The notes beneath the pieces were generated by a model. It saw only the letters and a program-made list of their open reading frames with translations, had not been told where the DNA came from and did not search any database. Below, one piece after another: positions 48,701-61,407 of a stretch of DNA of 64,000 nt. The stretch is from Callorhinchus milii (lineage: Eukaryota), in assembly GCF_018977255.1 (NCBI RefSeq), contig NW_024704744.1:80228001-80292000 (forward strand), read 5' to 3'. The position numbers and the translations under genes are program-made. Within the stretch, counting starts at the first letter, position 1; each line of letters begins with the position of its first letter.

Positions 48701-51700
48701 GTGGGATCACTGTTTTGTGAAGCCCATACATTTCTGATCCTCTGTGCCACGCTGCTCCATGTTTGAGTGCACATTGGAACGTGCTGCTCTCTCTGCAGGT
48801 ATGTGGTGTGTCGGGGGTTGAAACCAGGGATCGATGCCGTTCGGGACTATCTCTTTACTGTGAACCAAAAACTAAACCAACTGAAGGACACAGACCAGGA
48901 TGTGAACATGGTCGTTCCGCTGCACGTACTAAAGGGCAACATCGACTTTTACACAAACATCGTCAAATCTAACGAGAGGTGTGCCCCCATGCAGCGCAAG
49001 CACAAACTCATGCCTCCCTCCCTCCTTCCCCTCTCCCATCACTCCTGCCCCCAGCTGGCCCTCCCCACCCCAGCATGCGTTTGCAGCCCCCTCCCCCCCA
49101 CCACAGTCACACACCACGCAGACAGCTGGCCCCCTGTCCCACGCACAGTAGATGTCTGGCCCTCATGCTGCACTGCGTCTGGCCGCTATTCTAGGCAGCG
49201 AGCGCTGGGCATTTCAAGTTTAGAAATTTTGTGTGTGACATTTCTCCTTTCTCCTCCAGTCTTGTAGCAATGCAAATCAAAGGTTTGGCAAAAATCCATG
49301 CCTTCATTCGAGATCCGTAAGTATGCCCACTTTCCATTGCTGTTGGCGGTGGGGGGGGCGGTAGGATTTTCCTATTTATTATAATTATGGTTGCATAACC
49401 TAAGAGTCGTGTACAGCATCATATAACACACTAACAGCACACTAATTAGTTAAGAAGCACTGATCAGGTTATCACTCCCAATTTCTGACCGCTGTTTTGT
49501 TAATGTTGTTGTGTTATTTAATTTCACACACAGGAACCTGAACGAGACACGACAGGCAGATATCCGCAGAGACTGCCTCGCACTGTGGACAGTGAGTACC
49601 AGCGGGTTGTTGTGGGGATTGTGGAACTGTTGAGCATTGGGACTGACCTGATGGACAGTGATAATTGTTTGTACGTTACTATGTTCCACTCTTTATCTAA
49701 CAGAATTCAAAAAATAATTTGCACACTCGATCCACGACTTTTTTTGGACACCCCTGTGTGCAAAGGACTGCCATATTTCACCCACAAAATATACAATTCA
49801 CTTTACAGTATATTCAGTGAAGCTCTTTGAGATGTCTCGAAGATGTGACAAGGCGCTGTATCAAATGCAAGGATTGTTATTATTATATTATAGAATTCCA
49901 AGATAGTCTTTGTTTCCAGGGTGTCAGTCCTTCCTATGTGTGTAATATTTTCCAGCTCTATTAACCAGCCGCAGCCTAATCTCTGACTTGGGTTTACTGC
50001 TTATTGCCCATTCATTCTGCTCTACCAACAATAACCAATTACATTTGTATAGCACCTTTCACATCCATCAGAGAGGCTGAGTTGTTCTTTCTGGGACCTG
50101 ATTAACGTGACTGATTTTATCCAGAGTTTTCAGTACTGTACTAGGGAAGTAGGTTTGTAGCCTACAACTGGAGAATTAGTCATTCCTATTTCTACAAATA
50201 GGGCATGACCAATTAACTTTGAGGCTTGTTGGTCAGAACGTGGGAAGAAACTTTTTTTTTTTGCTTTGTGTCCTCCTGTTGTTCAGCATTGTGAGATTTT
50301 CTTTTGAAGTGCTGTACAACTGCTTGTTGTAGCACTGCATTACTCTTCAGCCTGGCGTTCTCTCTAATTTCTGCCATTTGTTCTAACATCACAGATTCCA
50401 GATAAGGCTCGAGTCACCCCAAGCACATCTGATCCCAAGAGGAAATTCTATGAGCTTATCCAGGTGAGTGAAATGTGAAAAACAACACAATGATATGGTT
50501 GTCTGTGGATAACTGCAGAGGTGAGTTGTAGATTTGTTATCAGTGAGCAGAGTGTTATTGAACCACAGCCATGATCTCAGATCACTCACTCATGTCAACA
50601 CAGCTCACTTGGTAGCAATCTTGCCTCTAGGCCAAAAGATTATTAACTTCCATTTGAACTCGTGGTTCAGGTTGACACTCCAGCGCGTTACTGAAGGTGG
50701 GGGGAATGCTGCATTGGTGGAGGTGCCATCCTTAGAGTGAGCTTTTAAACTGAGTACCTGTTTGCCTTTCAAGTGATCATTAAATATACAGTAAACCCTT
50801 GGCTATCCAGATCCCCACTATCCAGAGTTCTGAATTAGCCAACAAGATCAGAAAAAAAATTGTAATTCCTCCCACTAAAAATTGATTCTGCACGCTAAAA
50901 GTCCTGCCCGCGTTTTCAAACTCCTGCCAGTCCATGTGATGCCCACAGCTTTACCCTCAATGGTTTAGCCCCGGGCCTCAATGGAGCTGCACTGAGTCAG
51001 TGGTGAGTACAACTTTGTTTTGTTTTGTTTTGGGGAAGGTCTAATTTATTTAGAATTCTTTTTAAATATTTGGGAGCATTTATTTTTACTTATTTTATTT
51101 ATTTTAAATGTCAAATGTAACGATTAGCAGCTGGTCGGATAATCTGGCTTGCCCGACCAAATCCCCCCCCCACCACCAGTAGTCTGGTTAGCCGGGGTTT
51201 AGGGTATTGGAAAAGAGAAAGGAGTTTCCCACCATGTTGTGACTACAATCCTCCAGTTAGTTGGTCATTCTCTTTTTATGGAACCTTCGCAGTGTGTCAT
51301 TTGACTCACAATTCCTACAAATATAATCACTACACTTAATAGTGAATCACTTTGGGACACTTTAAAATGCAACTTCTACTTTCTAGGGTTCAGACCCCGA
51401 AACCTTCAGCTACAAACCTACGTTGCTCGTACCGAAAACGCTGGACAAAATCAGTCACGTGCTGGACTATAGGTGCATGGTGGCCGGAGGGGAGCAGTTC
51501 TTTCTGCTGGGGTTAGGGGTGAGTATGTGAGACACAGCCTTTGTGTATTAATATAGCATTCGAGGACGAATGCTAATGTATGGATCAGCATGTGAGATAC
51601 AACCTTAGTGTATTAATTCTACATTACTCAGGAACTAATGCTAGTGGTTACTTAGGCAAACCGTTATATGTTAATATTACTGGACTCAGTGACTGATGTT

Positions 51701-54700
51701 GCGATTAGTCAACATTAATATTTCAGATTCGATGGCACTCTCATCTCGGGTGAATCAGAAGTTTGTAGTTTCAAGCCCCACATCGGAACTTTGAACTCGC
51801 TGTCCAGGCTGACACTCCAGTGCGGTGCTGCATTGTCATAGGTGCTGTCCAGATGAAATGTTAGACCGAGGTCTCATCTGCCTGTTCAGGTGGACATTAC
51901 AGATCCCACTCCAGCACAGAGCAACCCTCCCTCCCACTCTAGGCTCTGTTCGAAAAGAGAAGCTTGTTTCTCCGTTCTGCTGGCCAGCAATTCAGATAAA
52001 CATAGCTGTTTGTGGGATGTGTGCAAATTGACTGCCACGTTCATTTAAAAAATAGTCAGTCACTACACTTTACAATAAATTCTGTGAAGTGTTTTGGAAG
52101 GTCCTCCAAAAGTGAAAAGAGCTGTAAATGTAAGGATTATTGCCATTCTGTGAATGATGTTGGAATTAGAGTAAGTTTTCGTGTTACTCTGATCAGGCTT
52201 TCTATAGCTCCCGGTACTCAGGGGTATCACATGTACCTTCCTCATACTTATTCCTCTGGAGGTATTAGTACTGCATTTGTGACCCTCATTGTGACAGTGG
52301 TGCGGGGCGGGTAACCAGTCTGCTCTGTGGTTCAGTGTTAAATCTGTTTTTGTTTTTATGATCAGAAGTCTCAGATCTATATATGGGATGGAAGTGTGTC
52401 GATGCGATGGAAAAAACTTGAGAACTTTAAGACTGAGTTACCTAGAGAAACACTACTCTTTGTGGAGATCATACAGGAGCTGAAAGGAGAGGTGAGAGTG
52501 ACTACTCTTAGTGTAAACCATACATACAGCTCCAGTCATCTATGCTGCAGCGTTGGGCACGGTCTGTGCTCTGTGCTGGAAGGCGGGGAATGGGTGCTCT
52601 GTGCTGGAAGGCGGGGAGTGGGCGCTCTGTGCTGGAGGGCGGGGAGTGGGTGCTCTTTGCTATAGGGCGGGGAGTGGGTGCTCTGTGCTGTAGGGCGGGG
52701 AGTGGGTGCTCTGTGCTGGATGGGCAAGGAGGGGGTGCTCTGTGCTGGACGGGCAAGGAGGGGGTGCTCTGTGCTGGAGGGGCAGGAATTGGGTGCTCTG
52801 TACTGGACGGGCAAGGAGGGGGTGCTCTGCGCTGGACGGGCAAGAAGGGGGTGCTGTGTGCTGGACTGGCAGGGCGGAGGAGGTGCTGTGTGCTGGACGG
52901 GCAGGGCGTAGGGGGTGCTGTGCGCTGGAGGGAGGGGGTGCTGTGCGTTGGAGGGAGGGGGTGCTGTGCGCTGGAGGGAGGGGCAAATCTGATATTTCCC
53001 TTATGGTTTTAGGGAAAAGCTCAGCGCCGGATCAGCTCTATTCATATCCTTGACGCACTGATTCTGAATGGGACAGACATCCGGGTTCAGCATTTTAACC
53101 AGCGGTAGGTGCAGCCAGGAAACTGGCATTGAGGATTATGGTACTGCCTCAGGGGGGCCTTTAGATAGTAGGACCGACTCATTCAGCCAACACCTCCCAG
53201 CAGTGCAGAGGTACTCCAGTAGAACCCACAATCTTAAGACTCTGAGACGAGAGTGCTACTAACTGATGCAGGCTGACACCCACACAGCACCATAGGATAG
53301 CCAGCATTGCCACCAGTGTATCTAGAGTAGTCATTGTGGTGGAATAATCACTTATGTGTCTCTTTGTGCCCAGGATCCAGATGGTGGAGAAGTTTGTGAA
53401 AGCCGTCTCGAAGCCTAGCCGCTCTGACATGAACCCCATCAGGTAAGTCCTCTGAGGGCAGACTGCCAACCCATTCATGCTGCCTGTGTTTCTTGCTATT
53501 TGACTGCTGTGTGCTGATGTGACCGTTTGTCTTTGCAGGGTCAAAGAGGTGTACCGGCTGGAGGAAATGGAGCGAATCTTTGTCAGGTAAGAATGCTTTG
53601 CCAAATGACCAATGTGCGAGCTGGTTTTTGGGTGGGTGTGGGGAGCTAGTTTTTGGGGGAGCCTATGGGGGGAAGCTGGTTTGGGGAAGTGAGGGAGCGA
53701 GTTTGGGGCTGTTTGCAGGCGGTCAGGGCATATACAAGTGTTACTTTATTGGATCTGAATTTTTCACCCCAGGTTAGAAATGAAGATTACTAAGGGATCA
53801 GGTGGAATGCCTCGTCTGTCGTACACAGGCCGCGATGACCGTCACTTCCTACCCACAGGACTCCACATTGTAAAAACTGTGAATGGTAGGAGCATTTTCG
53901 AATTCTGTTGCAATGTGGGGAGGTCATCAGCCGCCTGCCTGAGTTAGAAGGGAGGCAAAAGATTGAATTATGAAGAGAAACTTCAGAAGTTAGGGCTACA
54001 TTCTTTTTCAAACATACCCCTTTGACCACGCTTTCGGTTATCTTTCCTTTTCCACTTCACTCGGCTCCCACTCCCGGCTTGGGTGTCCGTCCAGCACTGT
54101 GAAGCACTTTGAGATGTCCTCCCAAAGTGAAAGCAGCTATATAAACAGTATGTTGTGATGTATTCATTCATTTGAGCTGAGTTGTTTAAGAGTGACTTTA
54201 GTAGCTTTGACAAGGTAATAATAATAACAGAAATCACTGGGAACACTTCTTATAATAATAATATTTGCATTTGATATACGGCTTTATCATGTCTTCGAGA
54301 CGTCTCAAAGCGCTTCACAGAATATACTGTAAAGTGAATTGACTATATTTTGTGGATGAAACGTGGCAGCCAATTGGCACAGCAGTGTCCTATTAACAGT
54401 CGTGGATTTAGTGACCAAATTATTATTTATTTTTTGAAGGGTTTATTACCCCCACAAAAGCGATTCGCCAATCAACTAATGACTGGGTTACTACTTACTG
54501 CGAGGTAAATCAACGCGTGTGGAGTAAGCAAACTTGCCTAACGTTTCGCACTGCCGGGAATCGAATCTAGGTCTTCTCGCTTGGAGGCGAGTGCTCTAAC
54601 CACCAAGCTACAGGACTCCACAGTCCTGCGGATTAAATAACAACAACTTGCATTTATATAGTGCCCCTCACGCAGGGTAGCATCCCAGAGCGAGTAAGAG

Positions 54701-56271
54701 TTTACCACTGGTCAGTGAGCAAGTACCAAATATAAGAATTACAAAAAAGGTTTAAAAACAAGGTTAGAAAAATATCATTCCACAGAGGGTGGTGGGAATC
54801 CATAATTGAGGTAAACAGGTCAGTCATTTTAAAAGGAAATTCAGTATGCTAGCGGAGGAATGTTATGGAGTCTGGAGTTTCAGAAAGAGAGACGGATTAT
54901 ATTTGATAGCTCAGGTGGAGAAAAACAACAGTGCTGACTTGATGGGCCAAATGGCCTTTCTCTCTGCTGTAGCATTCAGTGATTGGTTTGGCTCTCAAGT
55001 GTGTATTGCCTCCCTCCACAGATCCCTGGACAATGGCGTACAGCAAGACATCAAAACGCAAATACTTCTACAACATAAAAACAAAAGAGTCAACTTACGA
55101 GCTTCCCCCGGACTCCATCACACCGTTCCAGTGAGTAGCCTCACGAGTCACTCCATTCATATTCAGAATCTTGCACCCAAGGGACACGAGCTGACATCAA
55201 TCGCCACCTCTTTCACCTCACTCTACCCAGTTCATGAGTCTCATTTTATCCACCGGGGGAAAGGAAAAGGTGAAAGGCCAAGGGGATCCATTGAAAGCCC
55301 AATCCAGAGCCTTTTGTGGTTAACTAACTGAGCTGATACTGTCTGTGCCAGAAGTGCTGGCTATCCACGCCACCAGCCCTCGGTGTACAGATGTCAGCTT
55401 GGCTCAGATGCTAGCATTCTCACCTCTGGGTCGATCTCTCACTTCTGATTGTGGATGGAAGCCCCATGTGGGGATTCTTGCTCAACAACAACAATAAGAT
55501 TACATTTGTATAGATTGATTAGGTGTGCTGAGTGGCCTGTTTCCATGCCTATCACTCTATATAATTATGTCATTTCCAAAGATGTGACTGCTCACAGTTG
55601 GGCTGACACTTCACTGCAGTGGTGAGGGAGCATACGTGGTGGGAGGTCTGTCCTTCAAGTGAGATTTTAAAAGTAAGCTCACGTCTGCCTTTACAGGTGG
55701 TTGCTAAAGCACCTGTGACACAGGAATTTCCCTCAGTGTCCTGGCCGGCATTGCTACTGATAAGGTAGTTACTCATTTCATGCCTGTGGACTCTGGTCCA
55801 CATACAAATAGGCTACTGGTGTGCACCCTACTAGACAGCACCACACTTAACATCAACGAGACAAATGGGAAGGGATCTCATATATTATTAAAGGATGGAT
55901 AAATTGGATGGGCTGTTTCCACTTGTTGCATAATCCACAAGCACAGGGCATAAATATGATAGTAGTTGATCAGGTGTGCTGAGTAGCCTGTTTCCATGCC
56001 TATCACTCTACATAATTATGTCATTTCCAATGATGTGATTGCAGACGCTTTTAAGTTATGGGTGCTGTAGAAAATGTAAGGATCATTAGAATTGAAGTGA
56101 AGACTCAGTTTTCCTGTGTCTTTTTTTCTGAACAGTGTCTGCCACTTTGAACGACTCTTGTGGGCCTGGGAAGAAGGGGTTCGTGTCCACGACTCTCAGA
56201 CCCGATGTGATTCAGAGAAGCTTTCCAAAGAGAATGTACTGTCCTTCATTCGGCTCCATTACCAACCATAG
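36735..56271 (+). CDS. CMTR1: Cap-specific mRNA (nucleoside-2'-O)-methyltransferase 1, about 865 aa, 23 coding exons
   Basis: Exons 36735-36879, 38752-38936, 40108-40305, 40651-40743, 40851-40922, 41588-41682, 42024-42096, 42636-42834, 44026-44144, 45214-45310, 45883-46015, 48799-48978, 49260-49316, 49534-49591, 50395-50463, 51387-51518, 52366-52491, 53013-53104, 53374-53442, 53539-53586, 53773-53885, 55022-55130, 56136-56271 join in frame (2598 nt). G-patch ([18 protein letters not shown]), SAM motif [18 protein letters not shown] tetrad (AAMK, MADG, CKTF, NSER), C-terminal WW-like domain. Confidence 0.96.
36932..37750. repeat. 27-bp minisatellite GTAACAGCCTGTAATACAC(T/C)GT(G/A)C.. in CMTR1 intron 1
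   Basis: About 30 units with a few recurring variants; degenerate copies at 38270-38400. Confidence 0.95.
37757..38062 (+). mobile_element. tRNA-derived SINE (diverged)
   Basis: GTAGTGGTTAGCGCG..GATTTGATTCC head, Deu-like core and tail. Confidence 0.75.
43125..43693 (+). mobile_element. 5'-truncated L2 LINE 3' end
   Basis: [30 protein letters not shown] and a (TTG)n tail. Confidence 0.9.
46640..48075 (-). mobile_element. Degenerate CR1-clade LINE ORF2 (RT)
   Basis: [47 protein letters not shown]; multiple frameshifts. Confidence 0.92.
52560..52985. repeat. G-rich minisatellite (GTGCTCTGTGCTGGA(G/C)GG..) in CMTR1 intron 17
   Basis: About 14 degenerate 28-30 bp units. Confidence 0.85.
54252..54622 (-). 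mobile_element. Full-length tRNA-derived SINE
   Basis: Reverse complement GTGGAGTCCTGTAGCTTGGTGGTTAGAGCACTCGCC through to the (ATT)n tail. Confidence 0.88.
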
Positions 56272-56890
56272 CCCTCTGTGAGCTGTGCCCGGAGCACATC
56301 AGCTGTAATCCATTTCAGCATTGTGCCGCTCAGATCATGGATCCTGCTGTGTGTGACTGAGGGCTTGGCCAGGCCTGCCGGCTGGGGGTGCCCATCAGTC
56401 ATTTGGTGTTGGCAGAAAGACTCTTTCTCTGATCTCATTTACTGAACATCAGCCTGACCGCTCGAGCCCCTGCACAGCACCGAACGTCCATTAGTGCAGC
56501 CTGTGGTGGACTGCGCGGCCGGATCGCGCTCCAAATGTCAGGCTCTCGAGGCTTTAGGTGCTTCTGTGAATGTTGCATCCCCTCCTCCTCTTCAAAGGCT
56601 TCACGTGAATCTCCCAGAACCTCTGCAAGTAGTCAGACTGTGCAAGAGTTTGATATGGCGGATGGCCGTGGCAGCACAAGCAGTGGCGGGAGAGTGCCAT
56701 ATACCAACTGGAACACACACCCTTCCTCGGGAGGACAGTTTATTTTAGTTTTATTGCCTTTATGTTGGGAGGATGCTGTTTTCTCACTACAGTTCAGGGT
56801 TCAGAGTCCTATTTATGATGTAAGACCTATTTTCTGCAGATAAATAATGTACCTATATCTGTTTCAGTTTTGTAAACACGAACAGCACAA

Positions 56891-56946
56891 AATAAATGTA
56901 AGTTTATGTAAATATTTAGTGTTGTGTAATCTCAGCACAGAATAAA
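56891..56946 (+). terminator. CMTR1 poly(A) signals AATAAA (56891, 56941)
   Basis: Canonical hexamers in an AU-rich 3' UTR. Confidence 0.6.
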
Positions 56947-57912
56947 TGCGGATAACATTTTCCGTAACTTACCATTCCTCTGCTGTGTGTGTAAAGTTTC
57001 TATGGGTGTGGGTTGTGGAAGTGAGCAAGAGCCATTATGACAGCTCACCTGGGAGTGCTGTACAAGCAGTGCAGAAGGAACTTTACTCTGTAGCTATCCT
57101 GAAACTGCCAGCAGCCAACCTGCAGGTAGGGAGTGTTAGAATTGACTTCCCACCATCTAGGTTGTGGAGCTTCCAGATAAGAAGGGCAACAGAATGAGGG
57201 GTGCTTGAAGCGACAGAAGAGTTCTACTCTGTACGTGACCTTCACTGTACCTGACCTGGGAATGCTTGAGGGGACAGTACAGAACTTTACTCTGTGCGTG
57301 AGTTTTGCTGTACCATGATAATTTTGAGATATTACAGAGCTCAACTCTGTACCAAAAGCTGTTTGTTCGCAAGAGATTCTCAACAGTTAGTTATTTAAAT
57401 TCAGTTGATTTTATTTACATATTTGCTGATGTCCTTCAAAAAAAAACAGAATTTTCTGCTGAATGTCTTTTTATTGAGGGTTTGAATTTGCATGCAGTGA
57501 TTGCCAACATATGATATTTGATTTTCTCAACAGTGATCCATGTCGCCAGATCTCCTGTTGGCCCAAATCTGGATGGCATTGGGCTCAAATCCCATATTGA
57601 GACTTTGAACTCGCAGTCTTCCTGATGATCCAGTGCAAGTCTGGGTGTGTACTGCATTGTAAAGGGTGTTGTCCTTCAGGTGAGATGTCATCCTTCAAAT
57701 TAGATGTAAAATCCAAGTCCCATCTGTGCTTGTTCAGATTAAGATTCCAACAGCACTCTAGACAAATTGGTCATTCACTTCATATTTGCGTGTGGGATCT
57801 TTTTGGTGCAAATTTGCTTACAAATATACAGTCACTACATTAGCAGGTTCATTTCCTGCGAATCACTTTGACTGATGGGAATGCTGGTCTGTGAGGCTAT
57901 TATAGTAAATGG

Positions 57913-60393
57913 CTACAGTCCCCAGCAGAGGTAGAGCAGCAAGAAGAGGCTGAGCAGAGCTAGGGACAGCACCATGTTCCTCCCATTTTCCTTCCTCAGA
58001 GACCACAGCTCATGTTCTGTGGGCAAAAAAAGCAAGAGGTTGGTAACCACACAGCTGCTGAAGTGCATCTGGCAGTGAGGGGTAAATCATTCATACCATA
58101 TCTGGAGACTCTCTCCTTCAACATGGTCTTCTCATCTTGCAGGGACTGTCTACAAATGAATGAGAAAGAGTGAGCAGCAGATTCCAGGAGAGAAACATCC
58201 ACTGTGAATATGTTGCCTCTGTGTGCACCAACACCTCCTAACTCCACACCAGCAAACTCTTTCCCCCGCCTCCCGAGCCCACCTGCTCTCCATGGACAGC
58301 TCCTCCCTGTGCAGCTGCCAGTCTATTGTCTCCAAGTTCTCTTTGCATACAGCCAGACGTTCCTCCAGTGCATCAATCTGTAGAAGTCAGAACATGGGAA
58401 TATGAGCAAAGAGCTGTAGCAATCTGCCCACTGACAGGCTGGAGTGCTGCACAGGTACTTCAGGTGTGCTGTATTTGTATCTAGTATGTGCCACATGTGT
58501 ACGTTATGTGTTCAGCTCATGTCTCTGTGCATGCTATGCATGTAGTAGCAATTCATCACTTTACTTGCATACAGTTGAGTGTTGGGAACCAGGATATGGC
58601 AGGGAATATTTGGAGAATCACTGCCGGGCAGGAGATATATGATAATAATCCTTGAGTTTGGTTTAAAAAAAACACAAAATATTGCAGATGCTGGAAATCT
58701 GAAAACAAAAACAGAAGTTGCTGGGAATACTCAGCAGGTCAGACAGCATCTATGGAGAAAGGAAAGGGAGTCAACGTTTCAGGTCCACAACTCTTCGTCA
58801 GAAATGGGGCATGTTAGGAGGGAGAGGCTTTGGGGGGGCTGAGGGCTCTGGTTGGTGGCTGGAGGGAGGGTTGGGGCTATGGGGGGTCTGGGGTTAAGGG
58901 GGGTCTGGGGTTATGGGGGGATCTGGGGGTTTGGGGCTATGGAAGGGTTGGGCTTATGGAGGGATCTGGGGGTATGGAAGGGTTGGGGTTATGGGGGGAT
59001 CTGGGGCTTTGGGGCTATAGAAGGGTTGGGGCTATGGGGGGTTGGGGGCTGGAGGAGGGAATTGGGGCTATAGGTGTTGGGGCTGGAGGGGGATTTGGGG
59101 CTATAGGTGTTGGGGTTATGGGGGGGTAAGGGCTATAGGTGTTAGGGCTGAAGGGGGATTTGGGGCTATAGGGGTTGGAGCTATGGGGGTGTTAGGGCTA
59201 TAGATGTTGGGGCTGGAGGGGGATTCGGGGCTATGGGGGGGGGGGGTTAGGGCTATAGGTGTTGGGGCTGGAGGGGGATTTGGGACTATAGGTGTTGGGG
59301 CTATGGCGGCTCTGTGCCCCAATGTGTGGGTTGGGTCTATGGCGGCTCTGAGCCCCAATGTGTGGGTTGGGTCTATGGGGGTTCTGAGACCCAATGGGCG
59401 GGTTGAGGTTCTGAACCCCAATTAGGGGGTTGGGGCTCTGAGCCACGATTGGGGCTATGGGGAGTTGGGGCTTTAGGCGTTGGGGATGGAGGGGGTGTTT
59501 GGAGTTATGGGGGGCTTGGGGCTGGAGGGGGGGTTGGGGTAAGGGGGGTCTAGGGTTATGGGGGGGTCTGGGGGTTTGGGGCTATGGAAGGGTTGGGGTT
59601 ATGGAGGGATCTGGGGGTATGGAAGGGTTGGGGGCTATAGAAGGGTTGGGGCTATGGGGTTTGGGGGCTGGAGGAGGGGGTTGGGGCTACGGGGGTTTGG
59701 GGGCTGGAGGAGGGGGTTGGGCTATGGGGGTTTGGGGGCTGGAGGAGGGAATTGGGGCTATGGGGGTTTGGAGGCTGGAGGAGGGAATTGGGGCTATGGG
59801 GTTTGGGGGCTGGAGGAGGGAATTGGGGCTATGGGGGTTGGGGCTGTGGGTGTTGGGGCTATGGGGGGGTGGGGCTGTGGGGGTTGGGGCTGTGGGGGTG
59901 GTTGGGCTATGGGGTTGGGGCTGTGGGGCTATGGGTGTTGGGGCTGTGGGGGGTATAGGTGTTGGGGCTGTGGGGTGGGGTTGGGGCTGTGGGGGGTATA
60001 GGTGTTGGGGCTGTGGGGGGTATAGGTGTTGGGGCTGTGGGGGGTATAGGTGTTGGGGCTGTGGGGGGTATAGGTGTTGGGGCTGTGGGGGTGGGGTTGG
60101 GCTGTGGGGGGTATAGGTGTTGGGGCTATGGGGCTGTGGGGGGTATAGGTGTTGGGGCTGTGGGGCTGTGGGGTGTTGGGGCTATGGGGTTGGGGTGGGT
60201 GGGGCTTTGGGGCTATGGGGTTGGGGCTGTGGGGCTGTGGGGCTGTGGGTGTTGGGGCTGTGGGGCTGTGGGGGTGTGGGGCTGTGGGGGGTATAGGTGT
60301 TGGGCTATGGGGTTGGGGTGGGTGGAGCGCTGGGGGTTGGGGTTCGGGGCTTACCGCTGACGTCACTGTACCACGTGGCTGTTTCTTCCCCAT
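57913..60393 (-). CDS. CCDC167: Coiled-coil domain-containing protein 167, 96 aa, 4 exons, C-terminal TM segment
   Basis: Exons 60393-60355, 58377-58283, 58149-58097, 58016-57913 give MGKKQPRGTVTSAIDALEERLAVCKENLETIDWQLHREELSMESRQSLQDEKTMLKERVSRYEHELWSLRKENGRNMVLSLALLSLFLLLYLCWGL. Tail-to-tail with CMTR1 as in mammals. Confidence 0.9.
58665..58806 (-). mobile_element. Penelope-like terminal fragment with a hammerhead-like core
   Basis: Same family as 1295-1592; the minus strand reads CTGACGA-AGAGTTGTGGACCT-GAAACGTTGACTC. Confidence 0.6.
58830..60345. repeat. G-rich array (GGGGCTATGGGG / GGTGTTGGGGCTGTGGGGGGTATA)n in CCDC167 intron 1
   Basis: 1.5 kb of dense G-runs. Confidence 0.92.
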
Positions 60394-60414
60394 CGCTGGC
60401 TGCCGGTGTCCCGA

Positions 60415-60515
60415 GACCTGCGCAGGCGTCGATCTGCTGTGTCTGTCTGCGCAAGCGCAACTATTGGCCGTATTGTGTCGGTGCAGCGAGAATGACACAG
60501 TGCGCTTGCGCGGCT
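60415..60515 (-). promoter_or_regulatory. CCDC167 promoter: NRF1-like sites and a CCAAT box
   Basis: TGCGCAAGCGCA 60448, TGCGCTTGCGCG 60501, ATTGG 60463; CpG-rich. Confidence 0.55.
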
Positions 60516-60548
60516 CCCTGTCAATCATCGAGACATAGAGTCGTACAG

Positions 60549-60866
60549 AGAGTGACAGTCCCCGGAGAGTGACAGTCCCCGGAGTGTGACAGTCCCCGGA
60601 GAGTGACAGTCCCCGGAGGGTGACAGTCCCCGGAGAGTGACAGTCCCCGGAGAGTGACAGTCCCCGGAGTGTGACAGTCCCCGGAGTGTGACAGTCCCCG
60701 GAGAGTGACAGTCCCCGGAGTGTGACAGTCCCCGGAGAGTGACTGTCCCCGGAGAGTGACTGTCCCCGGAGAGTGACTGTCCCCGGAGGGTGACTGTCCC
60801 CAGACGGTGACTGTCCCCGGAGGGTGATTGTCCCCAGACGGTGACTGTCCCCAGACGGTGACAGTG
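60549..60866. repeat. 17-bp minisatellite GAGTGACAGTCCCCGGA upstream of CCDC167
   Basis: About 18 tandem units. Confidence 0.93.
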
Positions 60867-61257
60867 CCAGTGATACACAGTGACACAAGCAGATTGACAC
60901 ATTGAGAGTGACACAGAGTGATAGTCCACAGAGAATGAAACACAGAGAACGATAGTCCACGGATAGAATGACAGAAAGAGTGAGTCCACAGTAATAGAGT
61001 CCAGTCCACAGAGAGAGTCCACAGAGAGTGACACAAAGTGTCACAGAGCAAAACAGTGTCACAGAGAATGACTTGAGTTACATGAGGGGCAGCAAAGGAG
61101 TGGCGACTTGATACCTTCACCTGCGTGGAGTGTGTTGAGGAGTCCCACATTTTGGAGGCTCTGTGCCTTATTTTTTTTGTCATTGTGTTTTGTGTTGTTA
61201 TGGGGTTACAGCAGCCAGCAGAGGGAGACAGACCCGGACACCCAGTGTCAGGGGCAA

Positions 61258-61407
61258 GTAATAATAATAATAATAATCCTTGCATTTGATATAGCGCTTT
61301 TCACGTCGGGAGGACGTCCCAAAGCGCTTCACAGAACACACTGTAAAGTGAATTGACTGTATATTTGTGGGCGAACGCGGCAGCCAATTGCGCACAGCAC
61401 TGTCCCA
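61258..61407 (-). mobile_element. SINE 3' half, near-identical to 3500-3649
   Basis: Its reverse complement matches the Deu-like core and tail of the 3321 copy with few changes. Confidence 0.85.

Noticed and set aside
58830-61285. Gly/Trp-rich and (GDCHSPGTVTLR)n ORFs
   Set aside because: Translations of the G-rich and 17-bp arrays; only the 39-nt CCDC167 exon is supported.
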